From: an uncultured Bacteroidales bacterium
GTDB taxonomy: Bacteria > Bacteroidota > Bacteroidia > Bacteroidales > Paludibacteraceae
Length of the DNA stretch: 24,650 nt
Reading direction: 5' to 3'
Assembly (NCBI GenBank): GCA_945949375.1
Contig: CAMFEN010000001.1
Coordinates: 1 to 24,650 of the forward strand
Positions within the stretch are counted from its first letter, which is position 1. Every line of letters begins with the position of its first letter. Of this stretch, positions 6,198 through 14,894 are shown in pieces. The notes beneath the pieces are model-generated. The model did no database searches and was not told the DNA's origin. It saw only the letters and a program-made list of their open reading frames with translations. Made by a program: the position numbers and the translations under genes.

Positions 6198-6971
6198 ATG
6201 ATAGAAGTAAAAGACATAGTAAAGACCTTTGAAGACGGCGTAACAGTGCTCGACCATGTGAGCACCGAGATGTTCGACGGCAAGGTGAACATGATAATCG
6301 GGCAGTCGGGCTCGGGCAAGACGGTGCTGATGAAAGCCCTTATCGGGCTACACCGCGTTACGAGCGGACATATCGTATATAAGTTCAACGACCGCGAGGT
6401 GGATTTGGCTTCGCTCAAAGAGAAAGAACTGCGTATGCTCCACCGCAATGTGGGCATGCTCTTCCAAGGCTCGGCACTCTTCGACTCGCAGACGGTATTG
6501 GAAAATGTGCTTTTCCCTTTGGAGATGTTCTCCGACATGAACGATAGCGACAAAGAGGCACGCGCACGGTTCTGCCTCGAGCGCGTGAACATCCCCGAGC
6601 GGGCTTTTAACCTGATGCCCAGTGAGATAAGCGGCGGTATGCAGAAGCGTGTGGCGATTGCTCGCGCCATCACGATGAATCCTAAGTATCTCTTTTGCGA
6701 TGAGCCCAACTCGGGGCTTGACCCGAAGACCAGTCTCGTGATAGACCAACTCATAAAAGACATCACAGAGGAATACAATATCTGTACGGTCATCAACAGC
6801 CACGATATGAACTCTATCATGGAGATTGGCGATAATATCATCTTCCTGCGCAACGGAAAGAAAGAATGGCAGGGCTCGCGGCACGAGATCTTCCATGCCG
6901 ACAACGAGGCTCTTAACGACTTTGTCTTTGCCAGCGAACTATTTAAGAAAGTGAAAGCGGAGAACGGCTGA
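6198..6971 (+). CDS. mlaF: MlaF-like ABC transporter ATP-binding protein
   Basis: Walker A GQSGSGKT, LFQGSALFDS, signature ISGGMQKRVAIARA, Walker B YLFCDEPNSGLDP, H-loop SHD. Likely start is the ATG at 6198 (MIEVKDIVK), 257 aa. Confidence 0.9.
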   Translation: MIEVKDIVKTFEDGVTVLDHVSTEMFDGKVNMIIGQSGSGKTVLMKALIGLHRVTSGHIVYKFNDREVDLASLKEKELRMLHRNVGMLFQGSALFDSQTVLENVLFPLEMFSDMNDSDKEARARFCLERVNIPERAFNLMPSEISGGMQKRVAIARAITMNPKYLFCDEPNSGLDPKTSLVIDQLIKDITEEYNICTVINSHDMNSIMEIGDNIIFLRNGKKEWQGSRHEIFHADNEALNDFVFASELFKKVKAENG

Positions 6972-7175
6972 AAGACCGCTCACTTTGTTCACTGTCAGAC
7001 TGATATGGTATCGGAAATGGTATCCTCTGCAGGAATCCCATGAATCTCGTGAGCGTCAGCGAACAGGAGTATAATAAACACCTTGCTGCGGGCTACGCCC
7101 TTGCAGAGATTAGGAAGGAATTTTGCGGATGTTAGCAAAATAAGTCGTTCAGCGAAGCGGTCAAAATAAATTATT

Positions 7176-7529
7176 ATGAAAAAATTCTTCTTTATCTCAT
7201 TCTTGATTAGCCTATTGGCGATAGGCATTAGTTGGGCGCAGCAACCTGCGCGAGTACCCGCATATAGGGGCGTGATTGAGCGCGTGCAGCCCGACGGCGA
7301 CACACTGCATATCTACCTGCGTGGGGATGAGCGCTACCACTACAGCATGACCCTTGACGGGTGGCAGATTATCGAAAACGAGCAGGGTACACTCTGCTAC
7401 GCCCTGCTGCAGAAAGATGGCATGGTTATTGCAAGCAAGAAGCAAGCACACGATGCCGACAAACGCAAATGCTGCGAGACACGATGGCTCAAACGCAAAG
7501 GAATATTGAGGATAAAAGATGAAAGATAA
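7176..7529 (+). CDS. Secreted stand-alone homologue of the N-terminal pro-region of M6-family metalloproteases
   Basis: 117 aa: signal peptide, then VPAYRG...QPDG...GDERYH. Aligns without gaps (15/45 identical by hand) to the N-terminus of the adjacent M6 protease. No HExxH motif and no T9SS CTD. Confidence 0.8.
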   Translation: MKKFFFISFLISLLAIGISWAQQPARVPAYRGVIERVQPDGDTLHIYLRGDERYHYSMTLDGWQIIENEQGTLCYALLQKDGMVIASKKQAHDADKRKCCETRWLKRKGILRIKDER

Positions 7530-7619
7530 AAGATGAAAGACTTATTAGTTTCGTCTATGATTTTCAGAGACGAAGGAACTTCAAATAACTCCAATAATTC
7601 CGATTACTCCGATTACTCT
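7514..7619. repeat. Heptamer array, shared 38-bp core and 9-mer array between the pro-domain gene and the protease gene
   Basis: AAAAGAT GAAAGAT AAAAGAT GAAAGAC (7514-7541); core 7532-7569 is 35/38 identical to 6080-6117; 9-mers AATAACTCC AATAATTCC GATTACTCC GATTACTCT (7584-7619). Confidence 0.9.
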
Positions 7620-7624
7620 GATTT

Positions 7625-9286
7625 ATGAAAAAGATAGCATTATTAGCAATAGGTTGCATAGTGGCAACGCTATTATGGGCAAAGCCCGCGAGACGCGGTC
7701 CGTTGGTCGTTACCCAAGAGGACGGCGCGGAGGTCATAGTATATCAACACGGCGATGAGCGTTTCCATTGGACGACTAACGAGGCAGGCGAGTGGGTAGC
7801 GCAAGATGCCAACGGCAAGTGGCAACCTGTATCCGCCCTCAGCGAAGAGCAGATACAAGCACGACGCGAGGCTTCCAAATTCACCATTGCCGAACAAACG
7901 CAGATGCGAAAGCAAGCCGCTACGCAGACGGCTGTGAAAACTAATATCGCCGAACGCGGGTTAGTGATATTGGTTAATTTCACTGATCAGGTATTTGAAG
8001 CCACGAAAGCCGAGATGGATAGTATGCACAATGGCTACAATTACTCCCGCGACTACATCTACACATACATTGAGAATCGAAAGACCTATACCGATACCAT
8101 CCATTCCGAAGGCTCTGCAAGGCAGTATTTCTACGATGCCTCTTTCGGACAATACAACCCTAAGTTTGATGTCGTGGGCCCCGTAACTGTCAGTCAGAAA
8201 TACTCCTACTATGGTGCAGATATCAGTTATGGCGTGGATAGGCATGCAGAGAAGATGGTATATGAAGCCTGTTTGCTCGTGGACTCGCTCTACCCGGAGA
8301 TAGATTTTAGTATCTACGACAACGATGGTGATGGAGAGATGGATTATGTGTATGTGGTCTATGCTGGGTTCGGTCAAGCAGACGGAGGAGCTGCAAATAC
8401 CATTTGGCCGCATAGTTATTGGATACATTATGCAGGCTATAACCTCACCATTGATGGCGTGAGGGTAGATAAATACGCCTGCGGAAACGAGAAAAATTAT
8501 GTCTCAAAACAACATGACGGTATCGGCACGTTTGTTCATGAGTTCGGGCATGTATTGGGTTTGCCGGACCTCTATGCCACCGATGGCTCCACCCATCGCA
8601 CCTTAGGCGACTGGGATGTGATGGACTATGGTCCCTACAATAACGATGGCAACAGCCCGCCCACATACTCCGCCTACGAGCGTTTCTTCTTCGGTTGGCT
8701 CACTCCTACGCTCATCAAAGACACCGCCCTGCTCACACTCCACGACCTCTATACTACCAATGAGGCTTTCCTCATCACCACTACCGACCAACATAACCTC
8801 ATCGGCAATGACCCTAATCCCACTACGTTCTACCTATTAGAGAATCGGCAGCCCAATAGATGGGATGACTATCTTGCGGGATATGGCATGATGCTCACCA
8901 AAGTGCAATACGACTACGATAAGTGGTATTATAATAAGGTGAACAATACAGCAAGTAAAATGGGAGTAGATATCATAGAAGCGAAAACAAACATCTCTTC
9001 TACCAACAAAGATACCGACCTCTTCCCCGTCGGCGCCACCGAATATACTAAGATTAGCGGGCATCCCATCTACAACATTCAGCAGACACAAGACGGAGAT
9101 ATCCGATTTGCTTATCTCTCGCCGGACGCGGTAGAGGGCATAGAGGAGATAGAAATGACGGGCGAGAACCCCGTGGTAGCAATATACACCATCACAGGTA
9201 CGCCCGTCAACCTCACCACCCCGCTGTCAAGCGGCTTATATATCGTGAAACGCCAACACTCCACCGAGAAAATTATCATCCGATGA
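7625..9286 (+). CDS. M6-family (immune inhibitor A-like) zinc metalloprotease with a putative T9SS C-terminal domain
   Basis: 553 aa with a signal peptide, [10 protein letters not shown], zinc motif [24 protein letters not shown] and [10 protein letters not shown]. The C-terminus GIEEI...IYTITG...GLYIVK...KIIIR is a Bacteroidales type-A CTD pattern. Confidence 0.92.
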   Translation: MKKIALLAIGCIVATLLWAKPARRGPLVVTQEDGAEVIVYQHGDERFHWTTNEAGEWVAQDANGKWQPVSALSEEQIQARREASKFTIAEQTQMRKQAATQTAVKTNIAERGLVILVNFTDQVFEATKAEMDSMHNGYNYSRDYIYTYIENRKTYTDTIHSEGSARQYFYDASFGQYNPKFDVVGPVTVSQKYSYYGADISYGVDRHAEKMVYEACLLVDSLYPEIDFSIYDNDGDGEMDYVYVVYAGFGQADGGAANTIWPHSYWIHYAGYNLTIDGVRVDKYACGNEKNYVSKQHDGIGTFVHEFGHVLGLPDLYATDGSTHRTLGDWDVMDYGPYNNDGNSPPTYSAYERFFFGWLTPTLIKDTALLTLHDLYTTNEAFLITTTDQHNLIGNDPNPTTFYLLENRQPNRWDDYLAGYGMMLTKVQYDYDKWYYNKVNNTASKMGVDIIEAKTNISSTNKDTDLFPVGATEYTKISGHPIYNIQQTQDGDIRFAYLSPDAVEGIEEIEMTGENPVVAIYTITGTPVNLTTPLSSGLYIVKRQHSTEKIIIR

Positions 9287-10044
9287 AGATAGTCAGTTAT
9301 AACCTCAACGGCATCCGCTCCGCCATCAATAAGGGCTTGCTCAGTTGGTTGCAAACGGAGAACCCCGATGTCTTTTGCATTCAAGAGAGCAAGGCGCAAC
9401 GCGAGCAGATAGATACCCTCGCCATGCAGGAGTTGGGCTATCATAGTTATATCCACTCCGCGGAGAAGAAAGGCTACTCCGGCGTGTGTGTCTTCTCTAA
9501 GCAGGTGCCCGACCGCGTGGTGGCAGGCATGGGAATCCCTGCCTACGACAGCGAGGGGCGCGTCTTGAGAGCCGACTTCGGAGACATCACCATCGTATGC
9601 GTTTATATCCCCAGCGGGACAACAGGCGACGCGCGGCAGGCAGTGAAGATGCAGTTCTTGGAAGACTTCCTGCAATGGGTTACAGCGCTGCGCAAGGAGC
9701 GACCGAACATCGTAGTCTGCGGCGATTATAACATCTGCCACAAGCCCATCGACATCAACCACCCCGAGCGGCAGGTGGGCGTCAGCGGCTTCCTGCCCGA
9801 AGAGCGAGAGTGGATGGACAGATGGGAAGCAAGCGGTATGATTGACTCTTTCCGCCTCTTCGACACCGCCCCCGAACGCTACTCATGGTGGAGCTTCCGC
9901 GCAGGAGCAAGGGCAAGGAATATCGGCTGGCGTATTGACTACCACTGGGTGAGCGAACCCCTACGCAACAGAATAAAAGATGCCAAAATCCTGACCGATG
10001 CCGTCCACTCCGACCACTGCCCAGTGAGTTTAATCTTGAAGTAA
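9283..10044 (+). CDS. xth: Exodeoxyribonuclease III
   Basis: [37 protein letters not shown] and SDHCP motifs. ATGA overlap with the protease stop. Confidence 0.95.
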   Translation: MKIVSYNLNGIRSAINKGLLSWLQTENPDVFCIQESKAQREQIDTLAMQELGYHSYIHSAEKKGYSGVCVFSKQVPDRVVAGMGIPAYDSEGRVLRADFGDITIVCVYIPSGTTGDARQAVKMQFLEDFLQWVTALRKERPNIVVCGDYNICHKPIDINHPERQVGVSGFLPEEREWMDRWEASGMIDSFRLFDTAPERYSWWSFRAGARARNIGWRIDYHWVSEPLRNRIKDAKILTDAVHSDHCPVSLILK

Positions 10045-10101
10045 GAATTTAGAATTAAGAGAACAAAAAGGCATGTTAATTGTTAATTGTTAATTGCTTA
10101 C
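10043..10101. repeat. Heptamer repeats at the xth-lptB junction
   Basis: AAGAATT TAGAATT right at the xth stop; TGTTAAT x3 plus TGCTTAC ending directly at the lptB ATG. Confidence 0.8.
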
Positions 10102-10842
10102 ATGGATACCCTTCGTACCGAACATCTGATAAAAAAATATGGCAAGCGCACGGTGGTCAATGACGTGAGCATCGGCTTGGAGCAAGGCGAGATAGTGGGC
10201 TTGTTGGGTCCCAATGGTGCCGGCAAGACAACCACTTTCTACATGACCACGGGGCTTATCACCGCCAATGCCGGCAAGATATATCTCAACGATAAGGATA
10301 TCACCGACTACCCCATGTACAAACGGGCACAGTTGGGTATCGGCTACCTACCGCAAGAGGCGAGTGTCTTCCGCAAGATGACCGTAGAGGACAACATCAT
10401 GTCGGTCTTGGAGATGACCAAGTTCAGCAAAGACTATCAGAAGCAGAAACTGGAGCAACTCATCTCGGAGTTTAATCTTGCCCATGTGCGCAAGAATCTT
10501 GGAGACCGTCTCTCGGGTGGCGAACGCCGCCGCACAGAGATAGCCCGTTGCCTCGCCATAGAGCCGAAGTTTGTGATGCTGGACGAGCCTTTCGCAGGCG
10601 TTGACCCCATCGCTGTGCAAGAGATTCAAGATGTGGTATGGCGGCTCAAAGACAAGAACATCGGCATCCTCATCACCGACCACAACGTGGACGAGACCTT
10701 GATGATTACCGACCGAGCCTATCTCCTCTTTGAGGGAAAGATACTCTTCCACGGCACCCCCGAAGAGTTGGCAGCCAACCCCGTAGTGCGTCAAAACTAC
10801 CTCGGACGCGACTTTGAACTGAAAAAGAAAAGCAGAGTATAG
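10102..10842 (+). CDS. lptB: LPS export ABC transporter ATP-binding protein
   Basis: [52 protein letters not shown] and ITDHNV. Likely start is the ATG at 10102, 246 aa. Confidence 0.95.
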   Translation: MDTLRTEHLIKKYGKRTVVNDVSIGLEQGEIVGLLGPNGAGKTTTFYMTTGLITANAGKIYLNDKDITDYPMYKRAQLGIGYLPQEASVFRKMTVEDNIMSVLEMTKFSKDYQKQKLEQLISEFNLAHVRKNLGDRLSGGERRRTEIARCLAIEPKFVMLDEPFAGVDPIAVQEIQDVVWRLKDKNIGILITDHNVDETLMITDRAYLLFEGKILFHGTPEELAANPVVRQNYLGRDFELKKKSRV

Positions 10843-10856
10843 ATTCTTATAGTTCA

Positions 10857-11825
10857 TTGAAAAAGTTACTATACATATTACTTATATGCCTAACCTTGGG
10901 CAGTTGCACATCTCCCTCAAAGGATGATTTCACGATAGTTCCATGTGCACCTATTCCCGTAGGCTTGGCTTCTGCCACGGCTTTCGCTTTTGACGGAAAA
11001 GGATACGTCTTTGGTGGTCGAGACCAAGAAGGGCTACTGCATAATGAACTGTGGATGTATAACCCAATAGAAGATACATGGACATGCTTGGGAGAGACCC
11101 CTTTGCAGCCGCGCGTTAGGGCTTGCGCATGTGCCACTAAACGAGAAGTATTTATCGGTTTAGGTTCTATAGGGAAAGTATATAATGAGAGTTGCTACTT
11201 AAAAGATTGGTGGGCATTCTCTCCTGCTACTAACAAGTGGGAGCAAAAAGCATCTCTAAACACCAACAATACGATAGGAGGCATCGCCTATCTGCAAGAA
11301 GATACTATTTATGTGGCATATAGTAGCGGCTTCGGTTTTTCGCGCGATGTACAATTATACTCCTTAGCAGATGACGCGTGGACACTTCGTCCCGATAATT
11401 GGCATCGTGCCCTCTCCGGACTGGGTGTAACAGGTTGTAGCGTAGCAGGTAGAGCATTCCTTGGTACAGGGTTTAATACCAACAACCTCAACCAATGGTA
11501 CGAGATAAATCTTCCTACGGATGAATGGATGTCATGCCCGAATGTCCCCAATGGAAAACGTTCACTTGCGGTCTGCGCTGCCAACAGTCGATATATCTAT
11601 CTCTTTGGAGGACGTTTCTTTGGCGGAGAACTCACCCGCGGGAAAATCTATTCTGACATTGAGTGTTTTGACCTTGCTGCCAATAAGTGGACAAAAAGCG
11701 GAATTATGCCTTATGGTGAAGCGGAAAACATGATTGCCTTTACCATCGGCGAGACTATTTATTTTGGCTTAGGAGAGGACGCAAACGGAACTATTCACCA
11801 ACAACTATACCGTATTGAACCATAG
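10857..11825 (+). CDS. Kelch-repeat (beta-propeller) lipoprotein
   Basis: TTG start; lipobox LGS-C; repeated YVFGG/FIGLG/YLFGG...W-x-Y/F-x-P...W units at roughly 50-aa spacing. Confidence 0.88.
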   Translation: MKKLLYILLICLTLGSCTSPSKDDFTIVPCAPIPVGLASATAFAFDGKGYVFGGRDQEGLLHNELWMYNPIEDTWTCLGETPLQPRVRACACATKREVFIGLGSIGKVYNESCYLKDWWAFSPATNKWEQKASLNTNNTIGGIAYLQEDTIYVAYSSGFGFSRDVQLYSLADDAWTLRPDNWHRALSGLGVTGCSVAGRAFLGTGFNTNNLNQWYEINLPTDEWMSCPNVPNGKRSLAVCAANSRYIYLFGGRFFGGELTRGKIYSDIECFDLAANKWTKSGIMPYGEAENMIAFTIGETIYFGLGEDANGTIHQQLYRIEP

Positions 11826-13290
11826 ACGTATATATATCATTCTTTTTGGTCTTTTGTCTCTCCCGCTCTATGCATGGAATTGGTGGCCCTTGGCGGTTGA
11901 CCATACGGCTTCCTTCAAAGGTGATTCGCTGTACTATGCCTTGCAGCTCACGGGGGTGGCAAGCCATGGTAAGTACGCCCCATTTTGGTTGCAGACCAAC
12001 CGCCAGGGTGATATTGCGCCCACTCCTTTTAGCGGCAACCTACGGGTAGGCATTCTCAAACCCGCTTCGCAACCCCATCGCTGGTTCGACTATGATTTTG
12101 CTCTCTCGCTGACCCAACGCTGGCAGAATCTTTCAGATGCGATTAACCCTACTGTGAACCGTACCGCCGCAGGTTATTTCAACCTTGCATACGCTCATGC
12201 GCGCTTATACATCGTGGATATCACCCTTGGCATTCAGCCGGAGCAATACGGTTGCCCCGACAATGACCTCACCACCGGCGGACTGCTCTATTCGTACAAT
12301 GCCCACCCTATGCCCTGCGTGCGTATCGGTATTGAGCAGTGGACACCTTTCCCCGGGCTATACGGCTATGTGGAGGTGAAAGGCGGTATCAGTCACCAGT
12401 GGCAAGCAGACAACGCGTATGTGGAGAATGGCTATGTGCATCATAAATGGATAGGCGGGCGCATTGGCGGCAAATTGCCGGTAAACCTTAGTTATGAGTT
12501 CCACCACGTGGCGCAGTGGGGAGGCTACTCTCCCGTATATGGCGACTTAGGCAACGATTGGCACGCTTTCCTCAACGCTTTCCTTGTCCGTTCCGGAGGC
12601 AGTATGGCAAACGACCAACTCAATGCACAAGGTAACCACGTTGGCAGTCAGATACTAACATTGGACGTGAAAGGAGAAGGCTGGAAAGTGAGTGCCTATT
12701 GGCAAAACATTTTTGAAGACGGACCTATCAAATTCATTGGCTTTGGAATGAACGTGCCAGACGGGTTATGGGGAATAAACATTACGCAGACCCATTGGCG
12801 ATACATCAGCGGCTTCACCTACGAGTTCCTCCAAACGACAGACCAATCAGGTCCGTTCCATGATCGAGACGGGTTAGTATATGGAGGTGCAGACCACTAT
12901 TATCAAAATGGCATCTACCGCAATGGTTGGAACTATTTCTACCGCACCTTGGGAAATCCTTTCTTAACTTCCCCCGTGTACAACGCCGATGGCACTATCT
13001 ACACCCACAACAGCATGGTGCAGGCGCATTTTGCGGGAATCAAAGGGGATATCTACGGCTTCCGCTACCGCTTGATGGGTTCCTATGTGCGCAATTATGG
13101 CAACAACAATCGCAGCCCTCAACTCCAATCTACCAACACGGCATTGCTCTTGGAGGTGCAGAAACATGTAGAGAAAGCATGGGGACTGGATCTCTCCCTC
13201 TCGCTTGCCGCTGATATAGGCAATCAGTTCGGCAACCAATTCGGTGCAATGCTAACTATCCGCAAACAAGGACTAATCACAAAATGGTAA
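11815..13290 (+). CDS. Capsule assembly Wzi-family outer-membrane protein
   Basis: TTG start and signal peptide; Bacteroidetes Wzi-family motifs HHK, HHVAQWGG, GNHVGS, WQNIFED, DGLWG, TTDQSGP and DHYYQNGIY...W...GNPF. Confidence 0.8.
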   Translation: MNHRRIYIILFGLLSLPLYAWNWWPLAVDHTASFKGDSLYYALQLTGVASHGKYAPFWLQTNRQGDIAPTPFSGNLRVGILKPASQPHRWFDYDFALSLTQRWQNLSDAINPTVNRTAAGYFNLAYAHARLYIVDITLGIQPEQYGCPDNDLTTGGLLYSYNAHPMPCVRIGIEQWTPFPGLYGYVEVKGGISHQWQADNAYVENGYVHHKWIGGRIGGKLPVNLSYEFHHVAQWGGYSPVYGDLGNDWHAFLNAFLVRSGGSMANDQLNAQGNHVGSQILTLDVKGEGWKVSAYWQNIFEDGPIKFIGFGMNVPDGLWGINITQTHWRYISGFTYEFLQTTDQSGPFHDRDGLVYGGADHYYQNGIYRNGWNYFYRTLGNPFLTSPVYNADGTIYTHNSMVQAHFAGIKGDIYGFRYRLMGSYVRNYGNNNRSPQLQSTNTALLLEVQKHVEKAWGLDLSLSLAADIGNQFGNQFGAMLTIRKQGLITKW

Positions 13291-13312
13291 CCATAATTAA
13301 AATAAAGCAATC

Positions 13313-13915
13313 ATGAATCTTGTAGAAGTAAGCAATCAAATTTTTAGAACAGCAGTTGTAGATTACCACATTACAAATGATGTTGATGCCCCCATGCGAA
13401 ATCCTTATGCCTTGGGAACTATTGAACATGATTTATATCTCAAGAACTGGATTGATACCGTGCAATGGCATTTGGAAGATATTATTCGCGATCCTCAGAT
13501 AGACCCTGCGGAGGCTTTGCTGCTGAAACGGAGGATAGATAAAAGCAACCAAGATCGCACCGATTTAGTGGAGCGTATCGATTCTTATTTCTGGGAGCAA
13601 TACCATACTGTACTGCCTAAGACAAATGCAAAAATCAATACGGAGAGCCCCGCATGGGCGATTGACCGTTTGAGCATCCTGCATGTGAAGATTTACCACA
13701 TGCAAGAGCAAGTAAATCGTACAGATGTAAGCCAAGAGCAACATGACAAATGTGCCGCCAAATTGGCAGTACTGCAGGAACAACTACAGGATATGACCAC
13801 CTCTATCACACAACTATTGGACGATTATGCTTCCGGTGAACGTATCATGAAGGTGTATAGACAGATGAAGATGTACAATGATCCGACGCTTAATCCTATA
13901 TTGTACAAGAAATAA
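13313..13915 (+). CDS. DUF4254-family protein
   Basis: WIDTVQWHLEDIIRDP, KRRIDKSNQDRTDLVE and NTESPAWAIDRLSIL motifs; sits directly upstream of a GT9 gene. Confidence 0.85.
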   Translation: MNLVEVSNQIFRTAVVDYHITNDVDAPMRNPYALGTIEHDLYLKNWIDTVQWHLEDIIRDPQIDPAEALLLKRRIDKSNQDRTDLVERIDSYFWEQYHTVLPKTNAKINTESPAWAIDRLSILHVKIYHMQEQVNRTDVSQEQHDKCAAKLAVLQEQLQDMTTSITQLLDDYASGERIMKVYRQMKMYNDPTLNPILYKK

Positions 13916-13916
13916 C

Positions 13917-14894
13917 ATGTCCAAACTGCTTATCATACGTTTCTCTGCGCTTGGCGACGTGGCTATGCTTGTACCGGTGATAGAGAATCTGGCAAACATA
14001 TATCCGAAACTCTCTATTACTATTTTGTCTCGCAAACAGGTAGCCCCGCTATTTGCGGATATGCCCGATAATATTCATTTTTTCGGTGCTGACTTGCGTG
14101 GAAGGCATAAAGGAATAAAAGGAATGAATAGGCTACTGCAAGATATTGATTATCAGCAGTTTGATGCAGTAGCAGATATGCACGATGTCCTACGGAGCAA
14201 ATACCTGCGGATGCGTTTCCGACTTATTGGGAAACGAGTATCTGTCATACAAAAGGGACGAATAAGCAAATTTCTTCTCATTAAGAAACATAACTTTTCT
14301 CCTTCTCTTCCTTCAACTATTGAACGTTATCAAGACGTACTGCAGCGCTTGGGGCTATCAATACAACTCCACCCTCAACAGAATAATGGCGGGGAACGTA
14401 TAGGCATTGGGATTGCTCCATTTGCTGCACATAAAGGTAAGATTTATCCATTGGAAAAGATGGAAGAGGTGGTGCGGTTGTTGTCTAACGATGGAGAGCC
14501 TATTTATTTGTTCGGAGCAGGTCAACAAGAACAAACCCTCTTGGAACAATGGGCAGTAACTTATCCGAATGTAACCTCATTAGCAGGAAAACAAGATATG
14601 GCTAAAGAGATTGCAATAATGCGTGGGCTACGGCTAATGGTTACTATGGATTCTGCCAATATGCACCTCGCCTCCATTGCTGGCACGCGGGTGCTTTCTA
14701 TTTGGGGAGCTACGCATCCGGCTGCAGGATTCCTCGGATACGGACAGAGCGAGAGCGATTGTATCCAACGCGATCTACCTTGCCGCCCATGTTCTGTGTA
14801 TGGTAACAAACCATGCCAATATAGCGACTACCATTGTTTGAATATAGCACCAAAGGACATCGTAAAACGCATAACACAAGCCTTATGCAAATAA
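13917..14894 (+). CDS. Glycosyltransferase family 9 (heptosyltransferase-like)
   Basis: LIIRFSALGDVAM, IGIAPFAAHKGKIYP and MDSANMHLAS...SIWGATHP...CRPCS motifs. Likely start is the ATG at 13917, 325 aa. Confidence 0.92.
   Translation: MSKLLIIRFSALGDVAMLVPVIENLANIYPKLSITILSRKQVAPLFADMPDNIHFFGADLRGRHKGIKGMNRLLQDIDYQQFDAVADMHDVLRSKYLRMRFRLIGKRVSVIQKGRISKFLLIKKHNFSPSLPSTIERYQDVLQRLGLSIQLHPQQNNGGERIGIGIAPFAAHKGKIYPLEKMEEVVRLLSNDGEPIYLFGAGQQEQTLLEQWAVTYPNVTSLAGKQDMAKEIAIMRGLRLMVTMDSANMHLASIAGTRVLSIWGATHPAAGFLGYGQSESDCIQRDLPCRPCSVYGNKPCQYSDYHCLNIAPKDIVKRITQALCK

Noticed and set aside
5291-6971. mlaE-mlaF without an adjacent mlaD/mlaC
   Set aside because: Split mla loci are ordinary, and the other components may be elsewhere in the genome.
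7041-7058. TGAATCTCGTGAGCGTCA resembles a tRNA T-loop plus acceptor 3' end (possible att site)
   Set aside because: The 5' half of the T-stem and the rest of the cloverleaf are missing and no integrase is nearby, so it cannot be called a tRNA or att site.
4591-7108. Recurrent CTGCA/TGCAG helices in the leader (4591-4688), the ncRNA candidate (5120-5143) and the 6972-7162 spacer
   Set aside because: A 5-bp near-palindromic word is too short to imply common ancestry without alignment support.
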